DNA of 63,276 bases from a virus (Duplodnaviria; Caudoviricetes): the IMG/VR virus record IMGVR_UViG_3300032334_002666, positions 1 through 63,276 of that record; one strand, written 5' to 3'. The first letter of the stretch is position 1, and every line of letters starts with the position of its first letter. Positions 28,098-36,915 of this stretch are shown one piece after another. Position numbers and translations under genes: made by a program. The notes below the pieces were generated by a model that did not search any database, was not told where the DNA came from, and worked only from the letters and a program-made list of their open reading frames with translations.

Positions 28098-28630
28098 GTT
28101 ACTTGACATACGTAGTCATTGTATGTAGTATGCCCTTTATCCAGTGCATGATAAGTTGCATCTAATCTAAGTTCACCAGTCTTGGGATTGATTATGATAA
28201 TTGAAACAATTGTAGCAATGTTATATTCAGGTCGAGATATTGCTCTTTCATGAGTAGGAGAGTGAATCCATCCCTGAACCGTTTTTTCAGCAAGAGTTTC
28301 ATAATCTAGGTCATGAACTTCATTGATTACAAATAATGCATTTTTTCCAGAAGTAATAAAAGTATATAAACATTCAGCATTACTCCAATAACCTACGCTA
28401 TCTGAGTGAGTCGGCCAAGTTTTAACTATATTTCGATATGCTACTCGAGTACAAAAATCTCTCATTAACGAGTCCTCAAATACAGCAAATGCTTTTGCTC
28501 CTTTGGAGATTCGATATTCATTGATTTTTTTCCAAATAAGAGAGTCTAATTTAGTGGATTCAATTCTTTCAATTTGAGAGATTGAAGAGAATGAAAGTAA
28601 TGCAAAGAATGCTATTGCTATTGTTTTCAT
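28079..28630 (-). CDS. Secreted CAP/SCP-domain protein
   Basis: Signal peptide from MKTIAIAFF; INEYR...G and WIHSPTH motifs. Confidence 0.75.
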   Translation of the reverse strand: MKTIAIAFFALLSFSSISQIERIESTKLDSLIWKKINEYRISKGAKAFAVFEDSLMRDFCTRVAYRNIVKTWPTHSDSVGYWSNAECLYTFITSGKNALFVINEVHDLDYETLAEKTVQGWIHSPTHERAISRPEYNIATIVSIIIINPKTGELRLDATYHALDKGHTTYNDYVCQVTKKGNR

Positions 28631-28690
28631 GATAAAACTTTTAATTTGTTTATATAGCAATAATACAACAAATTCTCGAATTTTAAAAAG

Positions 28691-28698
28691 ATAAATAA
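28691..28698 (+). promoter_or_regulatory. Class A (late) promoter ATAAATAA
   Basis: 17 nt before the ATG at 28716. Confidence 0.6.
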
Positions 28699-28715
28699 TA
28701 AAAAATTCAATTGTA

Positions 28716-28946
28716 ATGGCAAATCCAGTTATGAACTACAACCAGTTTATGGCAGCATTCAAAAAAGCTGAAACGGGATACCGTGGAAAAGCAAACGTTG
28801 GTGCTAATGATAAAACAGGTTCTATGAAAATTAACCAAGGTTTGGTTGAAGGTCCAGTTAAAGGAAAAGGTACTCCTCAACTTGACAAGTACACTAAACA
28901 ATACATGACTACTGCGAAGAATAAAAACGTAGTTGGTAAGAAGTAA
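28716..28946 (+). CDS. Small basic putative head-core protein
   Basis: Lys/Gly-rich; CTS-like VMNYNQFM; late promoter. Confidence 0.65.
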   Translation: MANPVMNYNQFMAAFKKAETGYRGKANVGANDKTGSMKINQGLVEGPVKGKGTPQLDKYTKQYMTTAKNKNVVGKK

Positions 28947-28964
28947 TTAACAAAATCTAAGACT

Positions 28965-29222
28965 ATGAATAGATTAATTACAAGCTTTGAGCAATATGCT
29001 CTACTTGAAAAGAAGGGCGACCTTAAGAAGCTAGTCGGAAAAGATGAAGACGAAGAACTTACAGTAAATGACGCTAAGAAAATTGGCGTTAAAGTTGCTA
29101 ATATGGAAGGTGAAGACAAGAAGAAATTTGTTGGAATTATTAACTTTTTAGGGGCTTCATGTAATATCTATAACGAGCTTTGGAAGAACTATAAACGTAC
29201 ACGAGACCGTAAAAAAGACTAA
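28965..29222 (+). CDS. Small putative internal head protein
   Basis: CTS-like ITSFEQYALLE. Confidence 0.65.
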   Translation: MNRLITSFEQYALLEKKGDLKKLVGKDEDEELTVNDAKKIGVKVANMEGEDKKKFVGIINFLGASCNIYNELWKNYKRTRDRKKD

Positions 29223-30391
29223 TGAATAAAGTATTTGAAAAAGCGTATTCTGATGAAATTAGTTCAAAGGACGGAGGTTTCATCTTTCAAGCTATCTTAA
29301 ATTATGACTTAACTTGGTCAATAATAGATGGCGAAACTGCTCTTGATCAAAAAAATATTCAAGGCTGGTTAAAGCAGGTCGACGTTTTTCCGGATATGAA
29401 ATTTGATGAGGGTCATGCGACCCTCACTTATATTATCCTGAGTGAAGTAAATCTACTTAAAAGAAAGTTTGAACTTGCGAGTGAAGCAATTAAGAGATTA
29501 CTTAATCCTGACTATGCTAAAGAAATGGATGGTCTTCCTGCAGAACAAGCACCTGAAGAGGAAATACCAAAACCGGTTGAGTCTGACTTAACTGACGATG
29601 ATTGGAATAACTTATTACCCGCAGGCCCAGCTGATCCATTGGGTTTACCTGCACCACAAAAGCAGTTAGGCCAAGGTCAAAAACAGCTTGGGGCTGGACA
29701 AAAGATGTTAGGTCAAGGTCAAGCTATGCTACCTGCACCACAAAAACAATTACCTCCAGCTACTTCTGAATCAAGAGTAGATGAAGTTCTCTTCACTACT
29801 AAATTGACATCAGCTCAAATCAAGGCAATTAACGATAAGTATTTTAAGAATACTCGATATGAAGTTAGATTTACAGTAAATAGAATGGTGCTTCGTGAAG
29901 TTTCAACAAGTGGACTCGATACAGGTTCACCAAATGTTACTCTAAAACTTTCTACTGGAATGGTGGATACACTTGATGGAACTGCAATTAATAGCTGGGA
30001 CGGATTTAATGTTAAGGTGACTGGTAAAAATACTCTATTTAACGATCAATCCCTGACAATCAATAACCAGACTGACCCTAAGATCTCTGAGATCCTAGTA
30101 TATGATCCAATTGAAAACGTAAATGAATTAATTTTTAGAACAATATTACCTTCACTAGTGATTGACTTTAAAGGAGACAGGGTACAAATTGATAATTATT
30201 CTAATAGATCTTCACAAGTATCGATTAGATCAAATATAGATTTTGATAATTTGTTTAATATTGAAGATACTTTACAGTCTGAAATAGTTGATACTGAAGA
30301 GGGAGAAGATACTGAACAGGAAGATGAGACGATAGAAACGTCAGAACCAGTATTGCCCAAACAAAATATTGAGTCAAAGACAAATAAATAA
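29222..30391 (+). CDS. Hypothetical late protein with a Q/G heptad-repeat linker
   Basis: LPAPQKQLGQGQKQLGAGQKMLGQGQAMLPAPQKQL; acidic tail. Confidence 0.65.
   Translation: MNKVFEKAYSDEISSKDGGFIFQAILNYDLTWSIIDGETALDQKNIQGWLKQVDVFPDMKFDEGHATLTYIILSEVNLLKRKFELASEAIKRLLNPDYAKEMDGLPAEQAPEEEIPKPVESDLTDDDWNNLLPAGPADPLGLPAPQKQLGQGQKQLGAGQKMLGQGQAMLPAPQKQLPPATSESRVDEVLFTTKLTSAQIKAINDKYFKNTRYEVRFTVNRMVLREVSTSGLDTGSPNVTLKLSTGMVDTLDGTAINSWDGFNVKVTGKNTLFNDQSLTINNQTDPKISEILVYDPIENVNELIFRTILPSLVIDFKGDRVQIDNYSNRSSQVSIRSNIDFDNLFNIEDTLQSEIVDTEEGEDTEQEDETIETSEPVLPKQNIESKTNK
30384..30391 (+). promoter_or_regulatory. Class A (late) promoter ATAAATAA
   Basis: 19 nt before the ATG at 30411. Confidence 0.6.
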
Positions 30392-30410
30392 CTAAAATAA
30401 TCGATACACA

Positions 30411-30986
30411 ATGGCAGGTTTACCATATTGGAGCAACTCATTAGCTTCTAGAGAATACTACGAACCGATATATCAAAATCAGTTTGAAGTAATCTTGACT
30501 CCTCCTCCAGTAATTACTGGATCAGAAGTTGCTCTTCTAGTAGAACATGTAACTAAGATTTCCGGTTTACCTGAAATCAATTCAGCTGGTGAGCTAGTTG
30601 AACAAAAGTACAAGTTTGCTACTAGATCTTATGCTGGAGCTATTCCAGACAAGACTACAGCTGACTTGGAAATAACTTTTACAGTCAACTTAAATGAAGA
30701 AAACAACGCATATATCTATAACATCTTAAGAGCATGGAACGATATCTTATACAATCCTTTGACTGGTAGTCAAGGTCTAAAGAGAGACTATGTTGGTTCA
30801 CTATCAGTACACGTTTCAAATAAAACTGGAGAGATCTTTAGAGAGTGGTCGTTTGCATCAATTATCCCAATGGACAAGTTATCAGAGCTTAAACTTGACT
30901 ATACTGAAAAGGGTGTTTATGAAGTGACTGCAAAATATAGAGCAGATAGCTGGACTGAAACTAGAATCGGTCAAATTAACGTATAA
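30411..30986 (+). CDS. Tail tube protein (T4 gp19-like)
   Basis: NQFEV, SGLP, LEITF..N, LRAW....NP.TG..G...DY and LDY pattern; 191 aa. Confidence 0.8.
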   Translation: MAGLPYWSNSLASREYYEPIYQNQFEVILTPPPVITGSEVALLVEHVTKISGLPEINSAGELVEQKYKFATRSYAGAIPDKTTADLEITFTVNLNEENNAYIYNILRAWNDILYNPLTGSQGLKRDYVGSLSVHVSNKTGEIFREWSFASIIPMDKLSELKLDYTEKGVYEVTAKYRADSWTETRIGQINV

Positions 30987-31001
30987 AAAATTTAAGATAA
31001 A

Positions 31002-31739
31002 ATGGAAATGTTTGATACACATCGTCGAGATATCCTAAATTTCGATAATTATATGGACCTTAAAAAACCTGGATTTGGTGGACCATCTTCAATGATGCCG
31101 CTAAGAGACGGAAAAGGTAAGATAATTAATACTAAACCTAAATTAGCTGGATTTCAGAGAACAGTCGAACGCGATCCTGCTTTTTCTCATCCAGTATACG
31201 ATCCTACATATAAAGCTATGACTGGCGATCTTGTATATAAGCAAGAGGGTAGAAAAGCTTTTACTTATGATGATCAAAGAACAGGTATTCCAGTAGTTCA
31301 AATGGATCCGCTTAAGGAAGGAAAAGCTTATTCTTCTTTTCAGAGATTTGTTAACGAAGCTGAAGATGAAGTCGAAGATGAACTAGAAAATGATGATCAA
31401 GATATATACGATCCAATAGCGAAAGCCAACGCTGAGTACGAATCACCGATGGATCGTATGTATAATTCAGAAGACTGGGTAAGTGCACAAAGAGATGCTG
31501 AAGGTTTTGATGATGAGGAAGAAGAAGAAACTAGAACAGAGGCAACTCGTTCAAATAATACAATATCTGATTTACGTCAAATTGAAGATAAATTAAGACG
31601 CTTTGAAGCAGGTGAAAACTTTGATGAAGAGGAAGAAGACTTTGGTGCAAATCCAATGGCTTCACCATTTGGAGAAGTTCCAGATTGGGTAAAAGACCTA
31701 CATAATTCGCCTGAAGATCAAGTTGGAGAAGAATATTAA
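31002..31739 (+). CDS. Acidic putative head-core protein
   Basis: ILNFDNYM and internal YSSFQRFVNE CTS-like motifs; E/D-rich C-terminal half. Confidence 0.6.
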   Translation: MEMFDTHRRDILNFDNYMDLKKPGFGGPSSMMPLRDGKGKIINTKPKLAGFQRTVERDPAFSHPVYDPTYKAMTGDLVYKQEGRKAFTYDDQRTGIPVVQMDPLKEGKAYSSFQRFVNEAEDEVEDELENDDQDIYDPIAKANAEYESPMDRMYNSEDWVSAQRDAEGFDDEEEEETRTEATRSNNTISDLRQIEDKLRRFEAGENFDEEEEDFGANPMASPFGEVPDWVKDLHNSPEDQVGEEY

Positions 31740-31743
31740 AAAC

Positions 31744-31775
31744 AAAAAACCTCATATCCAATATGAGGTTTTTTT
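31744..31775. terminator. Bidirectional terminator
   Basis: AAAAAACCTCATAT-CCA-ATATGAGGTTTTTTT. Confidence 0.85.
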
Positions 31776-32172
31776 AGATAATTATTTTTTCAATTGATTT
31801 ATCTGAAATATCAAGTGGCTCAGGATCAGAAGTAGGAGCAATCAACTGATAATTAAATTCAAAATCTGGATACTCTTCTGATATGAAATCAATAGTATTT
31901 AAAATACTTACAGTAGATAAGTTTGAGTTTAAATAGATTATTTGATCGTATTTTTCATTCTTAACATTAATTGCCTTATCTAATAATTTTTTAATCTCAT
32001 AGTTTAATAAGAAGGACTGTACTTTATTTGGAATAATAAATTTTGTACTGAATTTGTCTTTAATTAATTTACTTACATTTAGGATATAGTCACTTTTATC
32101 TTTCTTATTAAAAGTTAAGATGAAGCTCTTATAATCTTTAACAAAGACTAGCGATATTTTTCGTTTGTCCAT
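31774..32172 (-). CDS. Hypothetical protein
   Basis: 132-aa ORF, last in the nucleotide-metabolism operon. Confidence 0.65.
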   Translation of the reverse strand: MDKRKISLVFVKDYKSFILTFNKKDKSDYILNVSKLIKDKFSTKFIIPNKVQSFLLNYEIKKLLDKAINVKNEKYDQIIYLNSNLSTVSILNTIDFISEEYPDFEFNYQLIAPTSDPEPLDISDKSIEKIII

Positions 32173-32173
32173 T

Positions 32174-32593
32174 TTATACTTCTAATTTTACAATATCTAC
32201 ACCAGCTGCCTTTAGGATCTTGATGCCAGAAGTATCTCGATATTCTTCTCGATAGATAACAAACTTAATTCCGGCTTGAATAATCAATTTTGAACACTCT
32301 TTACATGGTGAATAGGTCACATATAATGTAGCTCCATCAGTACTTTGTGTAGATCTAGCAACTTTCATCATTGCATTGGCCTCAGCGTGTAGAACATACC
32401 AGTGAGTATTATCATTAGCATCTTCACAGTCATTTGGAAAACCTTTAGGGGTACCATTAAATCCATCTGAAATAATTGTCCCGTCCTTAACAATTAGGGC
32501 ACCAACTTTCTTACGCTTACAACATGAAAGATTAGACCACTCAGTAGCCATTTTTAGGTAAGTAAGGTGATATTTAAGATCCTTATTTGTCAT
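32174..32593 (-). CDS. dCMP deaminase (ComEB/T4 cd family)
   Basis: VGALIV, GFNGTP, HAEANA and PCKEC zinc motifs. Confidence 0.93.
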   Translation of the reverse strand: MTNKDLKYHLTYLKMATEWSNLSCCKRKKVGALIVKDGTIISDGFNGTPKGFPNDCEDANDNTHWYVLHAEANAMMKVARSTQSTDGATLYVTYSPCKECSKLIIQAGIKFVIYREEYRDTSGIKILKAAGVDIVKLEV

Positions 32594-32786
32594 CTTTTAT
32601 ACTATTAGTTATGCCATTTGGCACAATACCATTGATAATTACGATAATTCCTACCCATTGTGAATAGGATATTGCAGGACCAAATACTTTAGCTAAGTCA
32701 TTCCAATCATATACTAGATTAGAGAGCAGAGCAAGTATTAGGAGCTTAGCTACGGTGGTGATGATTGAGATAATTGCTTTTTTCAT
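32583..32786 (-). CDS. Small two-TM membrane protein
   Basis: Two hydrophobic segments; ATGA overlap at 32783-32786. Confidence 0.6.
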   Translation of the reverse strand: MKKAIISIITTVAKLLILALLSNLVYDWNDLAKVFGPAISYSQWVGIIVIINGIVPNGITNSIKDDK

Positions 32787-33652
32787 AAGTTTATATTTTT
32801 TAGGATCCAATTATATAGAGGATCAGATAGTTGAGAATATTCAGATTGTCCATCAAATAGTGATGAAAAATGACCGGTTGGGGAGCCATCAATTTTAATT
32901 AAGTTTAAGTGGACTCCTGGAATACTTAGAGGTTCAAACTTTTTAGTAATCATCTTATTTGCAATTTCAAAATGTCTCTCATAGATATGAGAAGAGTTTG
33001 CAATGTGAGTATATGTTCCTAACTCTAATTCAGGATATCCTGTATAGGACTTAAGATGAGACAGCATTTGAGATTGTAGAATAGCAAAAAATGCAATATC
33101 TGTTGGAAGGCCTAAGATGACGTCATTACTTCGCATGCTTACCGTAAAATTAAGCTTGTTGTTTCTGATTTGAAAGATTCCATACATGGTACAAACAAAA
33201 TCCTTATTTCCTGATCTTTGGTGGATAGGCAAATTAAAGTGCAGGACAGCTTGTCGTGAATCTTTATCTTGAGCTAATGATTCTAATGCCCATCGATATT
33301 GATTAACACCGTGTTCATTAGGATTATTAAAGAGGAGGTATCCATATGATGAGTTTACAGTAGCATCACTATTTTGAATAGATTCCCAAAACTTTGCAAA
33401 TTTTGAGATATATTCGACATCATTTCTACCCATAAAATACCATAGAAATTCAGCTGCAATATACTTGAATTGAGAAGATCTAAATGGATTAGTATAGAGA
33501 CATGATAGAGGATTCTCAATAACTAGAGCAACATCACATATTTCATTGATCGTCATATCTCTAGGCTGTGTCACGTATTCTGGCTCAGTCATTAGGTCAT
33601 GTAAGAGCTCTTCATAGACTCCAGCGAATGTATTTGCTTGATATATTACCAT
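32783..33652 (-). CDS. Thymidylate-synthase-fold enzyme, probably a dCMP hydroxymethylase (T4 gp42-like)
   Basis: DSRQA, KDFVCT (catalytic Cys), MRSND and HIYERHF motifs; GLPTD has Asp where ThyA has Asn. Confidence 0.75.
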   Translation of the reverse strand: MVIYQANTFAGVYEELLHDLMTEPEYVTQPRDMTINEICDVALVIENPLSCLYTNPFRSSQFKYIAAEFLWYFMGRNDVEYISKFAKFWESIQNSDATVNSSYGYLLFNNPNEHGVNQYRWALESLAQDKDSRQAVLHFNLPIHQRSGNKDFVCTMYGIFQIRNNKLNFTVSMRSNDVILGLPTDIAFFAILQSQMLSHLKSYTGYPELELGTYTHIANSSHIYERHFEIANKMITKKFEPLSIPGVHLNLIKIDGSPTGHFSSLFDGQSEYSQLSDPLYNWILKNINL

Positions 33653-33667
33653 AACTTAGTTTCTATT

Positions 33668-33695
33668 TTTATACATGCTACTTTAAAAAAGTTTT
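33668..33695 (-). promoter_or_regulatory. Class B promoter AAAACTTT-N14-TATAAA
   Basis: Shared motif, 15 nt before the ATG at 33652. Confidence 0.6.
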
Positions 33696-33730
33696 AAAAT
33701 TAAATAAATATAATAAAGAACGCATAATAT

Positions 33731-35251
33731 ATGGCAGTCAGTCACGTGTATCCAGTAATAGATTTTACACTATTAGATTATGATAAGATCCCGGTCGGAA
33801 CCTTCCTGATTGGATTCGATAGTAGTAATGGAGGAAAGCTATGTAAAATGGATCATGTAGGAACTATTACAATAATTGAGAGTGGATTACTGCCCTCGCT
33901 AACTGGTCTTATTTACAAAGGATTATGGGATGCCTCAATTAATTTCCCTACTTTAACAAGCAGCGTGGGAACACCTGGAGATTTTTATATCGTTTCTGTT
34001 CTAGGAACAACTAATCTTAATGGAACTACTGATTGGCAAGTAGGTGACTGGGCTATTTTTGAAGGAGGAATATGGACTAAAGTCGACAATCATGATATTC
34101 AAACATATAACACTGTAAAGGATGAAGGTACAGTTCTTCCACAAAGATCAGTACTAAAGTTCACAGGAACTGGTGTAACTGCCAGTGATATTGGTGGAGA
34201 GACTCAAGTAAACATTCCAATTCAACCAGCTTATAAAACTGCACAAGATGAAGGCTCATCATTAACGCAGAGAGATACTATTAACTTTGTCGGTGGAGGA
34301 GTAACGGTAACTGATACTGGTACTAAAACACAAGTGAGTATTCCTACTCAGCAGGCATATACTACTATTCAAGAAGAAGGAAGCGCATTAACCCAGCAGA
34401 GCGTTATTGATTTTCAAGGTGCTGGTATAACTGCATCTGATGGAGTAGGTAAAACAATTATAACTGTTCCAATTCAGCCAGCGTATTCAATAATTAAAGA
34501 TGAAGGTAGCTCAGTAACTCAACGAAGCACTATTAACTTTGTAGGTGGAGGAGTAACTGCAAGTGATATTGGCGGTGAAACACAGGTGAGTATTCCTACT
34601 CAGCAGGCATATACTACTATTCAAGAAGAAGGATCGAGTTTGACTCAAACAAATATTCTTGATTTTCAAGGTGCTGGTGTAACTGCAACAAACGGAGTCG
34701 GTAAAACTATTGTAACTATTCCTGGAAGTGGGTCAACTACTAATTTTGGACTACATGCACAAACTAGTACAAGTACACCTGTTACAAATACATTATCTGA
34801 ATTATCTCTATTAGGTGGAGGAGTAGGAACATTAACCGTCCCAGCTAATGGGTTTAACGTAGGGGATAGTTTCCATGCAGTAGGCACCGGCCATATATCA
34901 TCAAATAATAATCATAAACTTAGAATAAGAGTTAAAACTGGCGTAATTGTTCTTGCTGATACTGGTGATATAACCATGCCATCAACTACTTCTAAGCATT
35001 GGAAACTTGATATTGAATTTACAGTTAGGGCAATCGGCGGATCTGGAGTAGCAAGTATTGCTACTGGAGGCAGTTTTATATATACTAAAAATTCAAGTAA
35101 TGCATTTGAAGGGGTCACATTTTCAACAGAAACTACTACTGGATTCAATACAACAATTAGTAATACGCTGACTGTTACTGCTCAATGGGATACAGCAAGT
35201 ACTGGTGATTCAATCTATTCAGAGATATTTACGTTGACTAAAGTTTATTAA
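33731..35251 (+). CDS. Virion fibre/structural protein with tandem repeats
   Basis: YKGLWDAS...GDFYIV...WQVGDW...WTKVDN fibre-type module plus five 42-aa repeats; late-promoter variant ATAAATAT at 33704. Confidence 0.7.
   Translation: MAVSHVYPVIDFTLLDYDKIPVGTFLIGFDSSNGGKLCKMDHVGTITIIESGLLPSLTGLIYKGLWDASINFPTLTSSVGTPGDFYIVSVLGTTNLNGTTDWQVGDWAIFEGGIWTKVDNHDIQTYNTVKDEGTVLPQRSVLKFTGTGVTASDIGGETQVNIPIQPAYKTAQDEGSSLTQRDTINFVGGGVTVTDTGTKTQVSIPTQQAYTTIQEEGSALTQQSVIDFQGAGITASDGVGKTIITVPIQPAYSIIKDEGSSVTQRSTINFVGGGVTASDIGGETQVSIPTQQAYTTIQEEGSSLTQTNILDFQGAGVTATNGVGKTIVTIPGSGSTTNFGLHAQTSTSTPVTNTLSELSLLGGGVGTLTVPANGFNVGDSFHAVGTGHISSNNNHKLRIRVKTGVIVLADTGDITMPSTTSKHWKLDIEFTVRAIGGSGVASIATGGSFIYTKNSSNAFEGVTFSTETTTGFNTTISNTLTVTAQWDTASTGDSIYSEIFTLTKVY
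34100..34729 (+). repeat. Five tandem 126-nt (42-aa) repeats, including a 48-bp exact duplication at 34334-34381 and 34586-34633
   Basis: Y.T.(Q/K)(D/E)EG..L.Q...I.F.G.GVT..D....T.V.IP repeated five times. Confidence 0.85.
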
Positions 35252-36915
35252 ATCTTGATAATTTCCATCTCTGAAAAGTGATCGTTTTGAGTAACACAGA
35301 TTCGGTGATCAAATAGTTCTTCAGGCAAGGATTCATGGGATACTACAAATATTGTCATATTATATTTAGTAGAATATTCTTTAAGAATTGAGATTGCGCG
35401 ATAAACATTAGTCTTATCGAGAGAACTAAAGATTTCATCTAGAAACATTACGTTCATTGTACTGTGCTTCATTTTAATTATTTCAATAAAGGCAAGTAAT
35501 ACTATTAGATTCATCTTTTTTCGCTGACCACTCGATAAACTTTCAGGAGAAATTTGCATTCCTAAATAGGTGATATGCGGATCAAACTCGTTATCGAATT
35601 CAAATGAGAATTTAAACTCTAATTTTTCAGAGATCTCAAGAATTCTAGCATTTAGGGTAGGAATTATTCTGTCGATCATGTCTCGCTTGATTCCATTTTC
35701 AGATAGTAAATCGTCTAGGCTTAGCGCAATTGATCGGGTTGAAGCCAGTTGAGAAGAAGCTTGAATATCTTCCCTTATTTGATCACCAAGACTCTTAATT
35801 ATTCCGGAGATAGAAGATATTTCCTCAGATCCGTCGCTTTCCTGAGCAGCCTCTAGTGATGACTCCAAAGCTTTAAGTTCGGCCCTCTTATCAGAGTAGT
35901 TTGAATCGATATCACTTCGATCCAATAATAGAGTTGTTAGGCTCTCATTGACTTCATCTGCAAGTTTCTGCTTATCCTCAAGAGATTCCTTTAATTTAAT
36001 AATTTTAGATTCAATCTTCTCTTTTATTTCGATTGAAGAGTCTGAATGCAGGTCATTAAGACAGTGAGGACACCGGTTTTTAGCATAGATTAGGAGACGA
36101 CTCGATAAGTCTCTGATTTCTGATTTTATCGTATTAAGTTCTTCTTGAGCAACTTTATTTACACTAGTTTGAGAATCTATCTTTTCTTTAAGACTAGTCT
36201 TTTCAAGAAGGGCAGCATCGACTTCTACTTTTTTATTTGCAATATCGGCTGTTAATTTATCAGTAAGTTCCTCCTTTTTCTTACTTAATTTTTCTTTTAG
36301 TGCTTCAAGTTGACTAGTGTATGTTACTAAGTTAGATTGACTGCTTTTTAAAGTTGCAGTAAGAATATCGAGCTCAGATTTATTTTCTCTTAACTCGTCT
36401 TTTACTTTACTTCGCATATCTGAAAGAATATCAATTCCAAAGATACGATCAATAATTTTTCGTTTATCGTCTTTACTTAGGTTCACAAATGATTTAAAAT
36501 CATCAAATGATAGACTGATAGTATTACAAAAAACTGAGAATGGGATTCTAGCTAGTTCTTCTTCAATAAATTCATCTACTTTTCTCTTGTCTGGAAGATT
36601 AAAATGGCTTCCGTTTATTTTAATGTCGCTAAAATTTGGATCGATTCCTCTATCTAACTCTACGATTTCTCCAGAATTGGTTACAAACTTGACATTAGTA
36701 TAAGCATTACGATTGATCCAATTAGGAATATCTTTCATCTTACGAATTGCAGAGCGCCCATATATTGAGACAGTTAGTGCTTCTTTGATTGAAGATTTAC
36801 CTGCACCATTTTCTCCTTCAACTAGGATTAAACCTGCTTTATCATCAAACTTAAATGTTTGTAATTTATTCCCATATGATAGGATATTCTTGTATGAAAA
36901 TTCAGTTAATCTCAT
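35248..36915 (-). CDS. Rad50/SbcC-like recombination ATPase (T4 gp46)
   Basis: GENGAGKS, CPHC hook, LSSGQ signature and FLDE motifs. Confidence 0.93.
   Translation of the reverse strand: MRLTEFSYKNILSYGNKLQTFKFDDKAGLILVEGENGAGKSSIKEALTVSIYGRSAIRKMKDIPNWINRNAYTNVKFVTNSGEIVELDRGIDPNFSDIKINGSHFNLPDKRKVDEFIEEELARIPFSVFCNTISLSFDDFKSFVNLSKDDKRKIIDRIFGIDILSDMRSKVKDELRENKSELDILTATLKSSQSNLVTYTSQLEALKEKLSKKKEELTDKLTADIANKKVEVDAALLEKTSLKEKIDSQTSVNKVAQEELNTIKSEIRDLSSRLLIYAKNRCPHCLNDLHSDSSIEIKEKIESKIIKLKESLEDKQKLADEVNESLTTLLLDRSDIDSNYSDKRAELKALESSLEAAQESDGSEEISSISGIIKSLGDQIREDIQASSQLASTRSIALSLDDLLSENGIKRDMIDRIIPTLNARILEISEKLEFKFSFEFDNEFDPHITYLGMQISPESLSSGQRKKMNLIVLLAFIEIIKMKHSTMNVMFLDEIFSSLDKTNVYRAISILKEYSTKYNMTIFVVSHESLPEELFDHRICVTQNDHFSEMEIIKI

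Noticed and set aside
32783-33652. Annotation as ordinary thyA
   Set aside because: Asp replaces the dUMP-selecting Asn, and the motif context is gp42-like.
33731-35251. Diversity-generating retroelement target (TR/VR pair)
   Set aside because: The repeats are in-frame tandem units without adenine-specific mismatches, and no reverse transcriptase is in the window.
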